Of a DNA stretch of 45,975 nt, positions 1 to 9,573 are shown one piece after another (positions within the stretch are counted from its first letter, which is position 1; every line of letters begins with the position of its first letter). Source of the DNA: Alphaproteobacteria bacterium (lineage in GTDB: Bacteria; Pseudomonadota; Alphaproteobacteria; UBA6615); NCBI GenBank assembly GCA_018666195.1, contig JABJAG010000221.1, forward strand, positions 1 through 45,975, written 5' to 3'. The notes below the pieces were generated by a model that saw only the letters and a list, made by a program, of their open reading frames with translations, had not been told where the DNA came from and ran no database searches. The translations under genes and the position numbers were made by a program.

Positions 1-41
1 CAAGCCACTCCGTGATCAAGGTCTTGTTATTGTTCGGCCTT

Positions 42-593
42 TTACGAAGTTTCCCGGCCACGAAAGACCGGACCACCATGAACATGGTCCGGGAGAGGTT
101 CGAGCGGCCCGCCCGGCATCAATGGACGCGCGGGATGTCGCCCCAGCGTGAGCGTGCGGTCGTACATCACGATCGCAGCCGCAACCCCGACATTCACGCA
201 AAAACGTGTCGGAATCTTGACGACGTGTGTGCATCGCGCCGACAGCGCAGGAGACAAAGACCCGCGCTCGGGGCCAAGCACATATGCCGCCCGCTGGGGG
301 TGGCGAAAACTCGGCAAATCGACCGCGTCATCGGTGAGTTCCACGCCCACAAGGTCGCATCCGCGCGGCAAGGTGAAGTCATCAAGTCCGGTATATTCGT
401 GGAGTGGTAAATGCGCCGGGGCATCCGATGTGTCAGATCGACCACCTTCACGCTTGGAATAAACCGCGCCAATAGTGAAGACAAAGCTGGCCTCGAAGGC
501 ATGCGCGGTCCGCATGATCGCACCAACATTCATCGGTTTCGAAATGCCTTCGACCCCAACTGCAAAATAGCCGCGTACTCTGTTTTCCGACAT
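42..593 (-). CDS. SpoU/TrmH-family RNA methyltransferase
   Basis: ORF 42..653(-), start trimmed to internal Met (MSENRVRGYF). SpoU-like motifs visible: NVGAIMRTAHAF, YVLGPERGSLS, IPTRFCVNVGVAAAIVMY. Confidence 0.8.
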   Translation of the reverse strand: MSENRVRGYFAVGVEGISKPMNVGAIMRTAHAFEASFVFTIGAVYSKREGGRSDTSDAPAHLPLHEYTGLDDFTLPRGCDLVGVELTDDAVDLPSFRHPQRAAYVLGPERGSLSPALSARCTHVVKIPTRFCVNVGVAAAIVMYDRTLTLGRHPARPLMPGGPLEPLPDHVHGGPVFRGRETS

Positions 594-664
594 GAAACGT
601 CGCTCCAAATTCTCGCTTGGCGCTAACTTGCATGCCCCCTGTGAGCGAGGCAAGGTGAGCCTCG

Positions 665-1741
665 ATGGACGACCTCATTATGCCACACCACCCCGATCTG
701 CCCGCGACCGGTGAGACCGCAAACCCGGTCCTCGTCGAGGTCATACGCGGATCCTTTGTCGAAAGCCGTCACCGCGGTGCCATTGCCGTGGTGGCACCCG
801 ATGGAACCGTGGTGCACGCTATAGGTGATGTCACCCGCGAGATGTTTCCCCGCTCGGCCATCAAACCCGTGCAAGCGCTGCCATTGGTCGAATCCGGAGC
901 AGCAGACGCGTTCGGGTTCGGCGATGTGGAAATCGCACTCGCCTGTGCCTCGCATCTGGGTGAGGAACGCCATGTGAGTGCCGTCCGGGAGATGTTGCAG
1001 CGCGCCGGTGCAAACCCGGAGCAGTTTGAATGCGGGGCGCAACCGCCTTCAAGCGCGCCCGCCGCCCAGAACCTCGCAAAGGCCGATGCGCCACCCCACG
1101 CCATTCACAACAACTGTTCGGGCAAACATGCGGGCATGATCGCCACCGCGCTCCACAAAGGCGAAGTGGTGGACGGTTACACCAGGATCACGCACCCCGT
1201 GCAGCAACGGGTGTTGGGCGTGTTTGAATCCATGACCGGCTGTGACCTGGGGCGGGCACCCCGCGGGACCGACGGTTGCTCGGTGCCCGTCTGGGCGATG
1301 CCTCTGGGAAATCTGGCCCTTGCCATGGCGCGCATGGCAGACCCGTCCGATCAACCTGAATCACGGCAGGCCGCAGTCACCCGAATCCGGGCAGCCATGG
1401 CAGCGCAGCCCTTCTACATCCATGGCAGTGATGCTTTCGGCACGGATGTGATCGCAGCCGCCGGCCCCGATGTTCTGGTCAAAGGCGGCGCGGAAGGTGT
1501 TTATGCTGCGATCCTGCCGGCGCTCGGACTTGGTGTGGCCCTGAAGATCGATGACGGGGCCAGCCGCGCGGCAGAACTGGCAATGATCCACACTCTTCAT
1601 CAGCTGGACGCCCTGACGGCAGAACAACGCACAATATTGACGGATCGTCTGCATCCGGTTCAAACCAACTGGTCGGGCAAAGACGTCGGCGAATTGCGGC
1701 CAACAACCGCCCTAACATTTCAGTCCTACGGAGACCTTTGA
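665..1741 (+). CDS. asparaginase-II family protein (Rhizobium-type L-asparaginase family)
   Basis: 358-aa ORF. Family-typical segments: ESRHRG, PRSAIKPVQALPL, ACASHLGEERH, NNCSGKHAGM. Confidence 0.75.
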   Translation: MDDLIMPHHPDLPATGETANPVLVEVIRGSFVESRHRGAIAVVAPDGTVVHAIGDVTREMFPRSAIKPVQALPLVESGAADAFGFGDVEIALACASHLGEERHVSAVREMLQRAGANPEQFECGAQPPSSAPAAQNLAKADAPPHAIHNNCSGKHAGMIATALHKGEVVDGYTRITHPVQQRVLGVFESMTGCDLGRAPRGTDGCSVPVWAMPLGNLALAMARMADPSDQPESRQAAVTRIRAAMAAQPFYIHGSDAFGTDVIAAAGPDVLVKGGAEGVYAAILPALGLGVALKIDDGASRAAELAMIHTLHQLDALTAEQRTILTDRLHPVQTNWSGKDVGELRPTTALTFQSYGDL

Positions 1742-1742
1742 G

Positions 1743-2723
1743 ATGCGTGCGATCGTTTGTGAAAACTGGGGCGACCCGGACACACTCCAGATGGGAGAAC
1801 TTCCCGAACCCAAAATGGGGCCCGGGCAGGTCCGCATTCGCATGCGCGCGGCCGGGGTGAACTTTGCCGATACCGTGCTGGTCCGCGGTCACTATCAGGA
1901 GAAACCTGAACTGCCTTTCGCGCCAGGTCTTGAGGGTGCAGGTGAAATTCTTGAAGTCGCTGACGACGTGACTGACTTCAAACCAGGTGACCGAGTCATG
2001 GCCGTCGTCTCCGCCGGCGGCTTTGCCGAAGAAGCGGTGTGCAATGCCGCCACGGTCTTCGCGATGCCCAAGGGCATGGACGACGCAACAGCCGCGGCGT
2101 TCCCGGTCGCTTATGGCACCTCGCATCTTGCACTCGCACATCGCGCAAACCTGCAACCCGGTGAAACCGTTCTGGTTCTCGGCGCGGGCGGTGGCGTAGG
2201 CCTGACAGCCATTGAGTGCGCCAAGGCGATGGGCGCAACCGTAGTCGCGGCGGCATCGTCAGCAGAAAAACTTGCTCTGGCCGCAGATCGTGGCGCCGAC
2301 CACCTGATCAACTACACCGATAACGACTTGCGCGCAGAGATCAAAAAACTGACCGACGGAAAAGGTGTCGACGTGGTCTACGATCCCGTCGGAGGCGATC
2401 TGGCTCAGACGGCGATGCGTTCGATGGCCTGGTGCGGTCGCTTTCTGGTGATTGGCTTTGCGAGCGGCGATGTCCCGCAATTTCCGGGCAACTACCTGCT
2501 GGTGAAAAACATCTCGATTGTCGGTGTCTATTGGGGTGCCTATCGCACACAGGAACCAAAAGTGTTTCGCGATGGCTTCGCCGAACTCACACGGTGGTGG
2601 GACGAAGGAAAACTCAAGCCCCACGTCTCACAAGTGTTTCCTTTGGCTGACACGCCCAAGGCCCTTGCCATGCTCGAAGGGCGCCAGTCGACCGGGCGCC
2701 TTGTGATCAATATCGACGGCTAA
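1743..2723 (+). CDS. NADPH:quinone oxidoreductase (zinc-independent MDR family)
   Basis: 326 aa. N-terminal GroES-like part (PGQVRIRMRAAGVNFAD, PFAPGLEGAG) and Rossmann motif VLGAGGGVGLTAIECAK. Starts 2 nt after the upstream stop. Confidence 0.85.
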   Translation: MRAIVCENWGDPDTLQMGELPEPKMGPGQVRIRMRAAGVNFADTVLVRGHYQEKPELPFAPGLEGAGEILEVADDVTDFKPGDRVMAVVSAGGFAEEAVCNAATVFAMPKGMDDATAAAFPVAYGTSHLALAHRANLQPGETVLVLGAGGGVGLTAIECAKAMGATVVAAASSAEKLALAADRGADHLINYTDNDLRAEIKKLTDGKGVDVVYDPVGGDLAQTAMRSMAWCGRFLVIGFASGDVPQFPGNYLLVKNISIVGVYWGAYRTQEPKVFRDGFAELTRWWDEGKLKPHVSQVFPLADTPKALAMLEGRQSTGRLVINIDG

Positions 2724-2730
2724 TCGCATC

Positions 2731-3999
2731 ATGTCCGACAGCAAAACCCGTGACCGTCTGGTCCGCTCCCAATATGAGTCCTATCCCTATCCCAAACGTG
2801 ATCCCGCGGATGAACGCACACGGCTGATCACGGGGTCTCCAAGTAATATCCCTGAGGTCAATCATTACGTCTTCGGTGGTCGCCGTGACCTGACGGCGCC
2901 GTTCAACGCGCTGGTTGCGGGCGGCGGCACCGGGGATGCCGTCATGATGCTGGCGCAGAATATGACCGATCTCGGAATTCCGGGCGAGGTCGTCCATCTC
3001 GACATGAGTGGCCCCAGTCAGGCCATTGCCAAGGAGCGCGCCGAAGTTCGAGGCCTCTCCAACATCCGCTTCGTCGAAGGCTCACTTCTGGATGTGTCCG
3101 ATATTGCTCCCGGCCCCTGGGACTACATTGATTGTTGTGGTGTCCTGCATCATCTCGAAGATCCGGATGCGGGCCTCGCCGCCCTGTCCAGGCAACTTGC
3201 CCCCAATGGCGGGATCGGGATCATGGTCTATGGGACCTACGGACGGACCGGCGTCTATCACATGCAGGACATGCTGCGGACCCTCGCGCCCAGCGACGGG
3301 ATGGAAGATAGCGACCGTGTGGATACCGCCAAACGTCTGGCCAAAGCATTGCCGACAACCGCATGGCTCAATCGCAATGGGTTGATTCGCGATCATCTGC
3401 ATGGCGGCGATCCCGGTGTCTACGATCTGTTTCTCCATTCGCGAGACCGCGCCTACACGGTGCCACAGATCGCCGATTGGGTTGCGGGGGCAGGCATGCG
3501 CCTGGTCACCTTTATCGAGCCCTTCCTCTACGATCCGAACTGGCTGGTGCGCGACCCGCGGCTCCTCAAACGTCTGGAGCCTTTCGATGCCATCACCCGC
3601 GCCGCGTTTGCGGAGCAATTCACCGGCAACCTCAAAAAACATGTGTTCTATGCGGTCCGGCAGGACAATGACGTTTCCGTGCTAACGACCGATTCACCTG
3701 ACGTCATCCCGGGTCTGGTCAACCAGAGCGCCGCGGAAGCCGCTGAATTGATGCCTTCTGGCGGACAAATCGTGGTCTCGACCGAAGGCCTGAAAGTGGA
3801 CATGCCCGTGCCGCCACTTGCCCGCATGCTTGTCGGCCTGTGCGACGGCAAGACAAGCCTTGCCGAAATTCATGCGCGCGTCCAGGAGAAGCGACCGGAA
3901 ATGGACTATGCGACCTTCAAGGTTCAGTTCGATGCGCTCTACAAGGTGATGAGCGCGATCAATCGGATGGTTCTGCGGATGCCCGCAAACGACGGCTAA
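2731..3999 (+). CDS. class I SAM-dependent methyltransferase with uncharacterised C-terminal domain
   Basis: 422 aa. SAM motif I LVAGGGTGD and post-I/II region DYIDCCGVLHHLEDP. The C-terminal roughly 200 aa have no motif I recognise. Confidence 0.75.
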   Translation: MSDSKTRDRLVRSQYESYPYPKRDPADERTRLITGSPSNIPEVNHYVFGGRRDLTAPFNALVAGGGTGDAVMMLAQNMTDLGIPGEVVHLDMSGPSQAIAKERAEVRGLSNIRFVEGSLLDVSDIAPGPWDYIDCCGVLHHLEDPDAGLAALSRQLAPNGGIGIMVYGTYGRTGVYHMQDMLRTLAPSDGMEDSDRVDTAKRLAKALPTTAWLNRNGLIRDHLHGGDPGVYDLFLHSRDRAYTVPQIADWVAGAGMRLVTFIEPFLYDPNWLVRDPRLLKRLEPFDAITRAAFAEQFTGNLKKHVFYAVRQDNDVSVLTTDSPDVIPGLVNQSAAEAAELMPSGGQIVVSTEGLKVDMPVPPLARMLVGLCDGKTSLAEIHARVQEKRPEMDYATFKVQFDALYKVMSAINRMVLRMPANDG

Positions 4000-4209
4000 T
4001 AACCACCGCCGTCATTGGCCGCAGACAGGTCACCATCCAGGCGATACAGCTGCTGTTCGCCAAATCCGCGCACGTCGTGAATTCCATGATCACTGACGAG
4101 TTTGCTAATATTCGCAAAGCCGCCGTACTTGTCGAACAATCGCAAACGCATCCAGAAAAAACTTGCCCCTCACTCAGACACTATCGCCCATAAACAACGA
4201 CCATTTTTA

Positions 4210-5109
4210 TTATTCGGATGGACGACGGCCAACTGCCAGCACCATACCAAGGGTTGTAACCACAAGACCTGTCCATGCGATCAATGTCGGAACCTCGTTG
4301 AGGAACACCAGACCCAGGAGCACCGCGAGAACCGGTGCGCCGGCCAGAAACACGGCCATGGTCGTCGCCCGGATGGACTTGGTCGCACGGGTGATCAGCA
4401 TGACGACAATGAAACTGGCCACCACACCCTGATACACGGTCTGCAACGCGATTTCCTGCCAGGGTGGAAAACCATCGCCACGCAACAAGCCTGAGGGCAG
4501 GAACAGAATCCAGATTGGAATATAGACAGCGGAACTGATGGTTGGTGCGGCAATCACAGCCTGCAGAATTGTAACATTCCAGCGCCGCAATGCGGTCATG
4601 TAGATCGCAAAACATGCACCGGCTCCGATCAGCAACAAATCTCCGAACCACTGATCAGCAGGAGCGTGAACAGAGAAACTGTCCCCACCCAGCATCAGAC
4701 CACCGACCACAATCAGAACCAGACCACCCGCCTGTATCCCGGACGGTCGCTCGCGCAGCCAGAGAAAACCAACGATGGCTGCAAAGATCGGCATGGTCCC
4801 ATTGGTCAGGACACCAGCATGGATCACCGGGGCCAGCGACATGCCCCCGAACGACGCCAACGCAAAGGGTGCGCCGACCCCGAAAGACAACACTGCCCCT
4901 TTCCAGAGAGGCAAACCTGCAAGACCACGCGTCAGCAACAGCGGCAGAACAATAATGGCGCCGACGCCAACCCGAAGGGCGGCAACGTCATAAGGCGTGA
5001 GGGCGTGAAGGACACCAAAACGCGAGGCGACAATCCAGCCCCCCCAGATGAACGGAACCACAAGCCCACAGGCCAGACCAATCGCAAAACTGGATCGGAG
5101 TTCGCTCAT
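4210..5109 (-). CDS. DMT (EamA) family transporter
   Basis: 299 aa, about 10 hydrophobic segments, two EamA-like halves. Its start overlaps the stop of the upstream DMT gene by 4 nt. Confidence 0.85.
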   Translation of the reverse strand: MSELRSSFAIGLACGLVVPFIWGGWIVASRFGVLHALTPYDVAALRVGVGAIIVLPLLLTRGLAGLPLWKGAVLSFGVGAPFALASFGGMSLAPVIHAGVLTNGTMPIFAAIVGFLWLRERPSGIQAGGLVLIVVGGLMLGGDSFSVHAPADQWFGDLLLIGAGACFAIYMTALRRWNVTILQAVIAAPTISSAVYIPIWILFLPSGLLRGDGFPPWQEIALQTVYQGVVASFIVVMLITRATKSIRATTMAVFLAGAPVLAVLLGLVFLNEVPTLIAWTGLVVTTLGMVLAVGRRPSE

Positions 5110-6032
5110 TCTGTCTCATGTCCCCCAGTTGGCGATGCGCTACCCGACAACAATCCCGGGCCAAGCGCCACAAGAATCCCAACCGTGACCACGCAGATGC
5201 CAATCACACTGATGGTCGAGGGGATTTCACCCAGTGCCGGGATCGCGATCAGCACAGCCACCGCCGGCGCACCGGACATCATTGCCGATTGCCGCATTCC
5301 CCCCAGCATTCGCGCTGCATGGGCAATCAGGATGGACGCAATAAAGGCTGCAACGATTCCCTGATAAACACCCTGAAGCAGAATCTCCGGCCAGGGTGTG
5401 GCCGCGAGATTGCTCGGTAGAGCCAGCCACCAGAGGGGGATATAGAGCAACAGGTTGATGCCATTTACGGTAATCAGAGACTGAAAGGCCGTCAGACCCC
5501 AGCCGCGCACAGATGTCAGAAAAGTAGCATTCAGCGCCGCGGCACCAAGAAACAGCAGATGTCCGCGCCATTGCCCCCGCTCTCCAAAGAGCAGCGCATC
5601 ATATCCGGTCCCCACCACCCCGAGCACAATCAGCAACACCCCAACAATCCGCCATCCACTGAGCCGCACACCGAAGACCGCCCAGGCGAGCAGAGCTGCG
5701 AAGACCGGCATGGCACCATTGATCACGATGCCGCCATGAGCCACCGGCGCGAAAGACATTCCACCAAAAACAAGCAAAGTGAATGGCGCGCCCGAGGTGG
5801 TCGCGATCACCGCCGCCTTCCAGAGCGGGATGCGTGGCCACCGCACAAGAAAGAAGAACGGAATGGTGCAAATTCCTGCAATGCCAAACCGAAGGGCGGC
5901 CATATCGTAGACGGTCAGGGTCGACGTTGCCCCAAAGCGCGAGACGACAAGGAAGCCCGAAAACAGGAGCAACACACCGACGCCGGCCAGCACACCCAAA
6001 AGCGCATCACGGTTCATACTCTGGTGACCCAT
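5106..6032 (-). CDS. DMT (EamA) family transporter
   Basis: 308 aa polytopic membrane protein paralogous to the 4210..5109 product. The start could instead be the Met at 6017 (MNRDALL). Confidence 0.85.
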   Translation of the reverse strand: MGHQSMNRDALLGVLAGVGVLLLFSGFLVVSRFGATSTLTVYDMAALRFGIAGICTIPFFFLVRWPRIPLWKAAVIATTSGAPFTLLVFGGMSFAPVAHGGIVINGAMPVFAALLAWAVFGVRLSGWRIVGVLLIVLGVVGTGYDALLFGERGQWRGHLLFLGAAALNATFLTSVRGWGLTAFQSLITVNGINLLLYIPLWWLALPSNLAATPWPEILLQGVYQGIVAAFIASILIAHAARMLGGMRQSAMMSGAPAVAVLIAIPALGEIPSTISVIGICVVTVGILVALGPGLLSGSASPTGGHETE

Positions 6033-6035
6033 TGG

Positions 6036-6072
6036 CAGAAAAAGGCCCCACGCGTTTGCGCAGGGCCTTTCA
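6036..6072 (-). terminator. rho-independent terminator after scoB
   Basis: Minus-strand read GAAAGGCCCTGCGCAAACGCGTGGGGCCTTTTTCTG. GC-rich stem AAAGGCCC/GGGCCTTT with inner GCG/CGC pairing, followed by a T-run. Lies 41 nt downstream of the scoB stop. Confidence 0.6.
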
Positions 6073-6112
6073 AACTAGCGGACGCGAACAGCGCCCGTCG
6101 ATAGATGTTGGA

Positions 6113-6745
6113 TTACTGGGTGACGATGGTCGCTTCGCTACGCTCACGAACTTCGTCAACGCTGACACCGCTCGCCAGTTCCTGAATATGCACGCCGCCC
6201 TCACCAATCGTGAACACGCCGAGCTCGGTAATAATGTCGTCAACGACTCCAGCGCCGGTCAGCGGCAGGTTGCATTCCTTGAGCAACTTGGCCGAGCCGT
6301 CCTTGGCATTGTGATCCATCAAAATGATCACGCGCTTGACGCCCGCGACCAGATCCATCGCGCCGCCCATGCCCTTGACCATCTTGCCCGGAATCATCCA
6401 GTTGGCCAGATCACCATTCTCGGCCACCTGCAATGCCCCGAGGATCGACATGTTGATATGTCCGCCACGGATCATCGCAAAAGATTGGGAACTGTCGAAG
6501 TAGACTGATTCCGGCAACTCCGTGATCGTCTGCTTCCCCGCATTGATCAGATCCGCATCGACTTCGTTGTCTCGCGGGAACGCACCCATGCCAAGCATGC
6601 CGTTCTCTGACTGGAACGTGACGTTCATGTCATCAGGGATAAAGTTGGCAACCTTGGTCGGCATACCAATGCCGAGGTTCACATAGAAGCCGTCTTCGAG
6701 CTCCAGTGCCGCACGTGCACACATTTCATCTCGTGACCAAGCCAT
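6113..6745 (-). CDS. scoB: 3-oxoacid CoA-transferase subunit B
   Basis: Start trimmed to [30 protein letters not shown] within ORF 6113..7045. Contains the SENGMLG catalytic-Glu motif typical of family I CoA-transferase B subunits. Confidence 0.9.
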   Translation of the reverse strand: MAWSRDEMCARAALELEDGFYVNLGIGMPTKVANFIPDDMNVTFQSENGMLGMGAFPRDNEVDADLINAGKQTITELPESVYFDSSQSFAMIRGGHINMSILGALQVAENGDLANWMIPGKMVKGMGGAMDLVAGVKRVIILMDHNAKDGSAKLLKECNLPLTGAGVVDDIITELGVFTIGEGGVHIQELASGVSVDEVRERSEATIVTQ

Positions 6746-6782
6746 ATTTCCGTCTCCTTTTTTATTGTCCTTGCAGAGTCGC

Positions 6783-7484
6783 TCAGTCTTCCGTGACCGT
6801 GCGGAACTCAATGCGTTTCTCGAAATCCGAACCCTGGAAGATACGGTCGACATAAATGCTCGGCAGGTGAATTCCATCAGGGTCGAGCTGACCGGGTTCA
6901 ACCAGTTCCTCGACCTCGACCACACAAACCTTGCCTGCGGTTGCCATCGGGGCGTTGAAGTTGCGAGCTGTCTTGCGGAAGACAACATTACCTGCCGTGT
7001 CACCCTTCCAGGCTTTGACGATCGAAAGATCACCGACGAGGCCACGCTCCATCAGATAGGTCACGCCGTCGAATTCACGGGTCTCCTTGCCTTCAGCGAT
7101 CAGGGTGCCAACACCGGTCTTCGTGAAGAATGCCGGGATGCCCGCACCACCAGCGCGGCAACGTTCGGCCAACGTACCCTGTGGGTTGAATTCCAGTTCC
7201 AGCTCACCGGCAAGATACTGTGCCTCGAAGGTTTTGTTCTCACCCACATAAGAGGAGATCATCTTCTTGACCTGCCGTGTCTGCAGCAGCAATCCGAGGC
7301 CGAAATCATCAACACCCGCATTGTTCGACGCGACCGTAAGGTCCTTCACGCCGGAATCGCGAATCGCGAGGATCATGTGCTCTGGAATGCCGCACAGACC
7401 GAAGCCTCCGGCCAGGATTGTCATCCCGTCGAAAAGAGTTCCTTCGAGCGCGGACTTGGCGTCCGTGTAAACCTTTTTGCTCAT
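6783..7484 (-). CDS. scoA: 3-oxoacid CoA-transferase subunit A
   Basis: 233 aa. [15 protein letters not shown]...[13 protein letters not shown] and SSYVGENK motifs typical of the A subunit. Lies directly upstream of scoB. Confidence 0.9.
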   Translation of the reverse strand: MSKKVYTDAKSALEGTLFDGMTILAGGFGLCGIPEHMILAIRDSGVKDLTVASNNAGVDDFGLGLLLQTRQVKKMISSYVGENKTFEAQYLAGELELEFNPQGTLAERCRAGGAGIPAFFTKTGVGTLIAEGKETREFDGVTYLMERGLVGDLSIVKAWKGDTAGNVVFRKTARNFNAPMATAGKVCVVEVEELVEPGQLDPDGIHLPSIYVDRIFQGSDFEKRIEFRTVTED

Positions 7485-7735
7485 CTCTCAGCCCTGAATT
7501 GTTCGTATTTTGTTGCCGGTCCATATGTGACCTACATGCCGGTATGCCCTCAGTCGGGACAGCGCTGATAAACACCACCAAGCGTCCTGCTGTCAAACCC
7601 GGCAAGGGTCGGGAGGATGCCCAACCCGGGAAGACCTTCCTAGCACACAATACGCGGTCATCCGCTGCGCCCGCGCAATACTGCCCTGCACGGCCTGACT
7701 ATCAGAGACAATGCAGGGGGTTTAAGGTCCCGCAA

Positions 7736-8629
7736 ATGCCTCGCACGCCTTCAACCCTTTCGCCTGCCGTACTCGCCATCATCCTGATGATTGGCGCTGT
7801 CGTACTGTTTGCTGCAGGCCATGGTCTGGTGCGATTTGCGAGCACAGAATTACACCCGTTCCAGATTTCGTTTCTGCGCTCGTTTTTTGGGCTGGTTTTT
7901 GTTTTACCGCTGATCATGAAGGGCCCGGACTATTCAGACCTACGCGTCAAACTGCCAAAAATGCACCTGATCCGGGGTATCACCTCTTCAGTTGCCACAT
8001 TGGCCTGGTTCACAGCTGTTGCGACCATGCCTCTGGGCGAGGCTGTCGCCCTGAACTTCACCGCGCCACTGTTTGCAACCATACTGGCAGCGATCTTCCT
8101 GCACGAAGTTGTGCGCGCCAGACGCTGGGCCGCCACCCTGGTCGGGTTTGCCGGTGTATTGATCGTCATCCGTCCCGGCGTAGAGACGGTTCAACTCGGC
8201 GCCCTGCTCGCACTCGGCAGTGCGATGATGATTTCGGTCAATGTCCTGATGATCCGGGTCATGGCGCAAGTCGACAGTGCACGTGCGATTGTCACGTCCT
8301 TCAATCTGTTCCTGACAATTTTCACGCTGATCCCCGCTATCTTCGTCTGGGAATCGCCAAGTCTCACCATGATTGGTGTCACTTTCGGAATCGGAGCGCT
8401 GACCACTTTGGCGCATCTCGCGCTGACAAAGTCGATGCGACTGGCCGAAGCTTCCGCTGTGATCCCTCTCGATTTCCTGCGTCTTCCCGTATCAGCCTTG
8501 ATCGGGTTCATCTGGTTTATGGAAATACCTGACACCTGGACCATTGTCGGCGCGCTCATTATCGGCCTGTCCGCAGTTTACATCGCCCGCAACGAAGCCA
8601 TCGCCGGTAAGGTCAGAAAGACCACATGA
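7736..8629 (+). CDS. DMT (EamA) family transporter
   Basis: ORF 7418..8629 trimmed to Met at 7736 (MPRTPSTLSPAVLAIILMIG), because the upstream 106 aa are Arg/Cys-rich and non-membrane. Ten hydrophobic segments. Confidence 0.85.
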   Translation: MPRTPSTLSPAVLAIILMIGAVVLFAAGHGLVRFASTELHPFQISFLRSFFGLVFVLPLIMKGPDYSDLRVKLPKMHLIRGITSSVATLAWFTAVATMPLGEAVALNFTAPLFATILAAIFLHEVVRARRWAATLVGFAGVLIVIRPGVETVQLGALLALGSAMMISVNVLMIRVMAQVDSARAIVTSFNLFLTIFTLIPAIFVWESPSLTMIGVTFGIGALTTLAHLALTKSMRLAEASAVIPLDFLRLPVSALIGFIWFMEIPDTWTIVGALIIGLSAVYIARNEAIAGKVRKTT

Positions 8630-9552
8630 ACAATCCATCAAATACTAATCGACGTATTCTTGGTTTACCCCGACAGGTCTGGGGCGGCATTTCGATGGCG
8701 GCAGGTGTGGCCTGCCTGGCAGGCAATCACTCGATCGTGCGGATCGTATCAGACGAAGTCGGTGCTTTCGAAACTTCGGCACTTCGATTCATGTGGGCCC
8801 TGCCATTGATGTTGCCCTGGATCCTGAAAGGCAAAGGAGAGGTCCTGCGGACCAAGCGTCATGGATTGCACTTTGTTTCAGCATCTCTGACCGCCATTAC
8901 CACAGCCCTTTTGTTTCTGGGCCTGGCTCATCTCCCTGTTGCTTTGGCGACAACGCTCAATTTTACCGCACCACTGTTTACGACCATTATGGCGGTGGTG
9001 CTTTTGAAAGAGCGCGTCGAGCTTGCGCGCTGGGCCGCAACCGTGGTCGGCTTTCTGGGAGTGGTGGTCATCCTGCGGCCGGGACTTGTGGTTTTTGACC
9101 CCGCAACACTTCTTCCGATCTGTTCGGCGGCTGTGCTCACCCTTTGGTACTTCACACTGAAACGACTGGGACGAACCGACTCAACCGCGACCATCACGGT
9201 CTATCAAACGATCTGGGCCTCGCTCGTGCTGTTTTTGCTGGCACTGCCGGAGTGGCAAACTCCCAGTTTCACAGCTCTTTGGCTGTCGATCGCCATGGCG
9301 GCTATGGGCACAGCCGCCATCTTCCTCATGGCCCGGGCTTTCGAGCTGGCGGATGCCTCGCTGATCGCCCCGTTCGACTATGCGCGCCTGCCGTTTGTGG
9401 CGCTGTTCGGTTACCTGCTATTTGATCAGATTCCAGATATCTACACAGTGCTGGGTGCCGCGATCATTATCGGCTCTGCTTTCTATATCGCGCGACGTGA
9501 ATCCCGTGCGACGCCGCCCCAGCTTGACTCCGGTGGCAGCAAAACGGGTTAA
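8626..9552 (+). CDS. DMT (EamA) family transporter
   Basis: 308 aa polytopic protein. ATGA start/stop overlap with the preceding DMT gene. Confidence 0.85.
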   Translation: MNNPSNTNRRILGLPRQVWGGISMAAGVACLAGNHSIVRIVSDEVGAFETSALRFMWALPLMLPWILKGKGEVLRTKRHGLHFVSASLTAITTALLFLGLAHLPVALATTLNFTAPLFTTIMAVVLLKERVELARWAATVVGFLGVVVILRPGLVVFDPATLLPICSAAVLTLWYFTLKRLGRTDSTATITVYQTIWASLVLFLLALPEWQTPSFTALWLSIAMAAMGTAAIFLMARAFELADASLIAPFDYARLPFVALFGYLLFDQIPDIYTVLGAAIIIGSAFYIARRESRATPPQLDSGGSKTG

Positions 9553-9573
9553 TGGGTCCACAGGGAGAACACG

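Noticed and set aside
7418-7735. N-terminal extensions of track ORFs: 7418..7735, 6746..7045, 45063..45350, 18890..19045, 16484..16522, 40400..40462, 594..653.
   Set aside because: The extensions are Arg/Cys/Trp-rich, overlap neighbouring genes or promoters, and precede internal Met codons. Those internal Mets match family-typical N-termini, and several have visible Shine-Dalgarno sequences.
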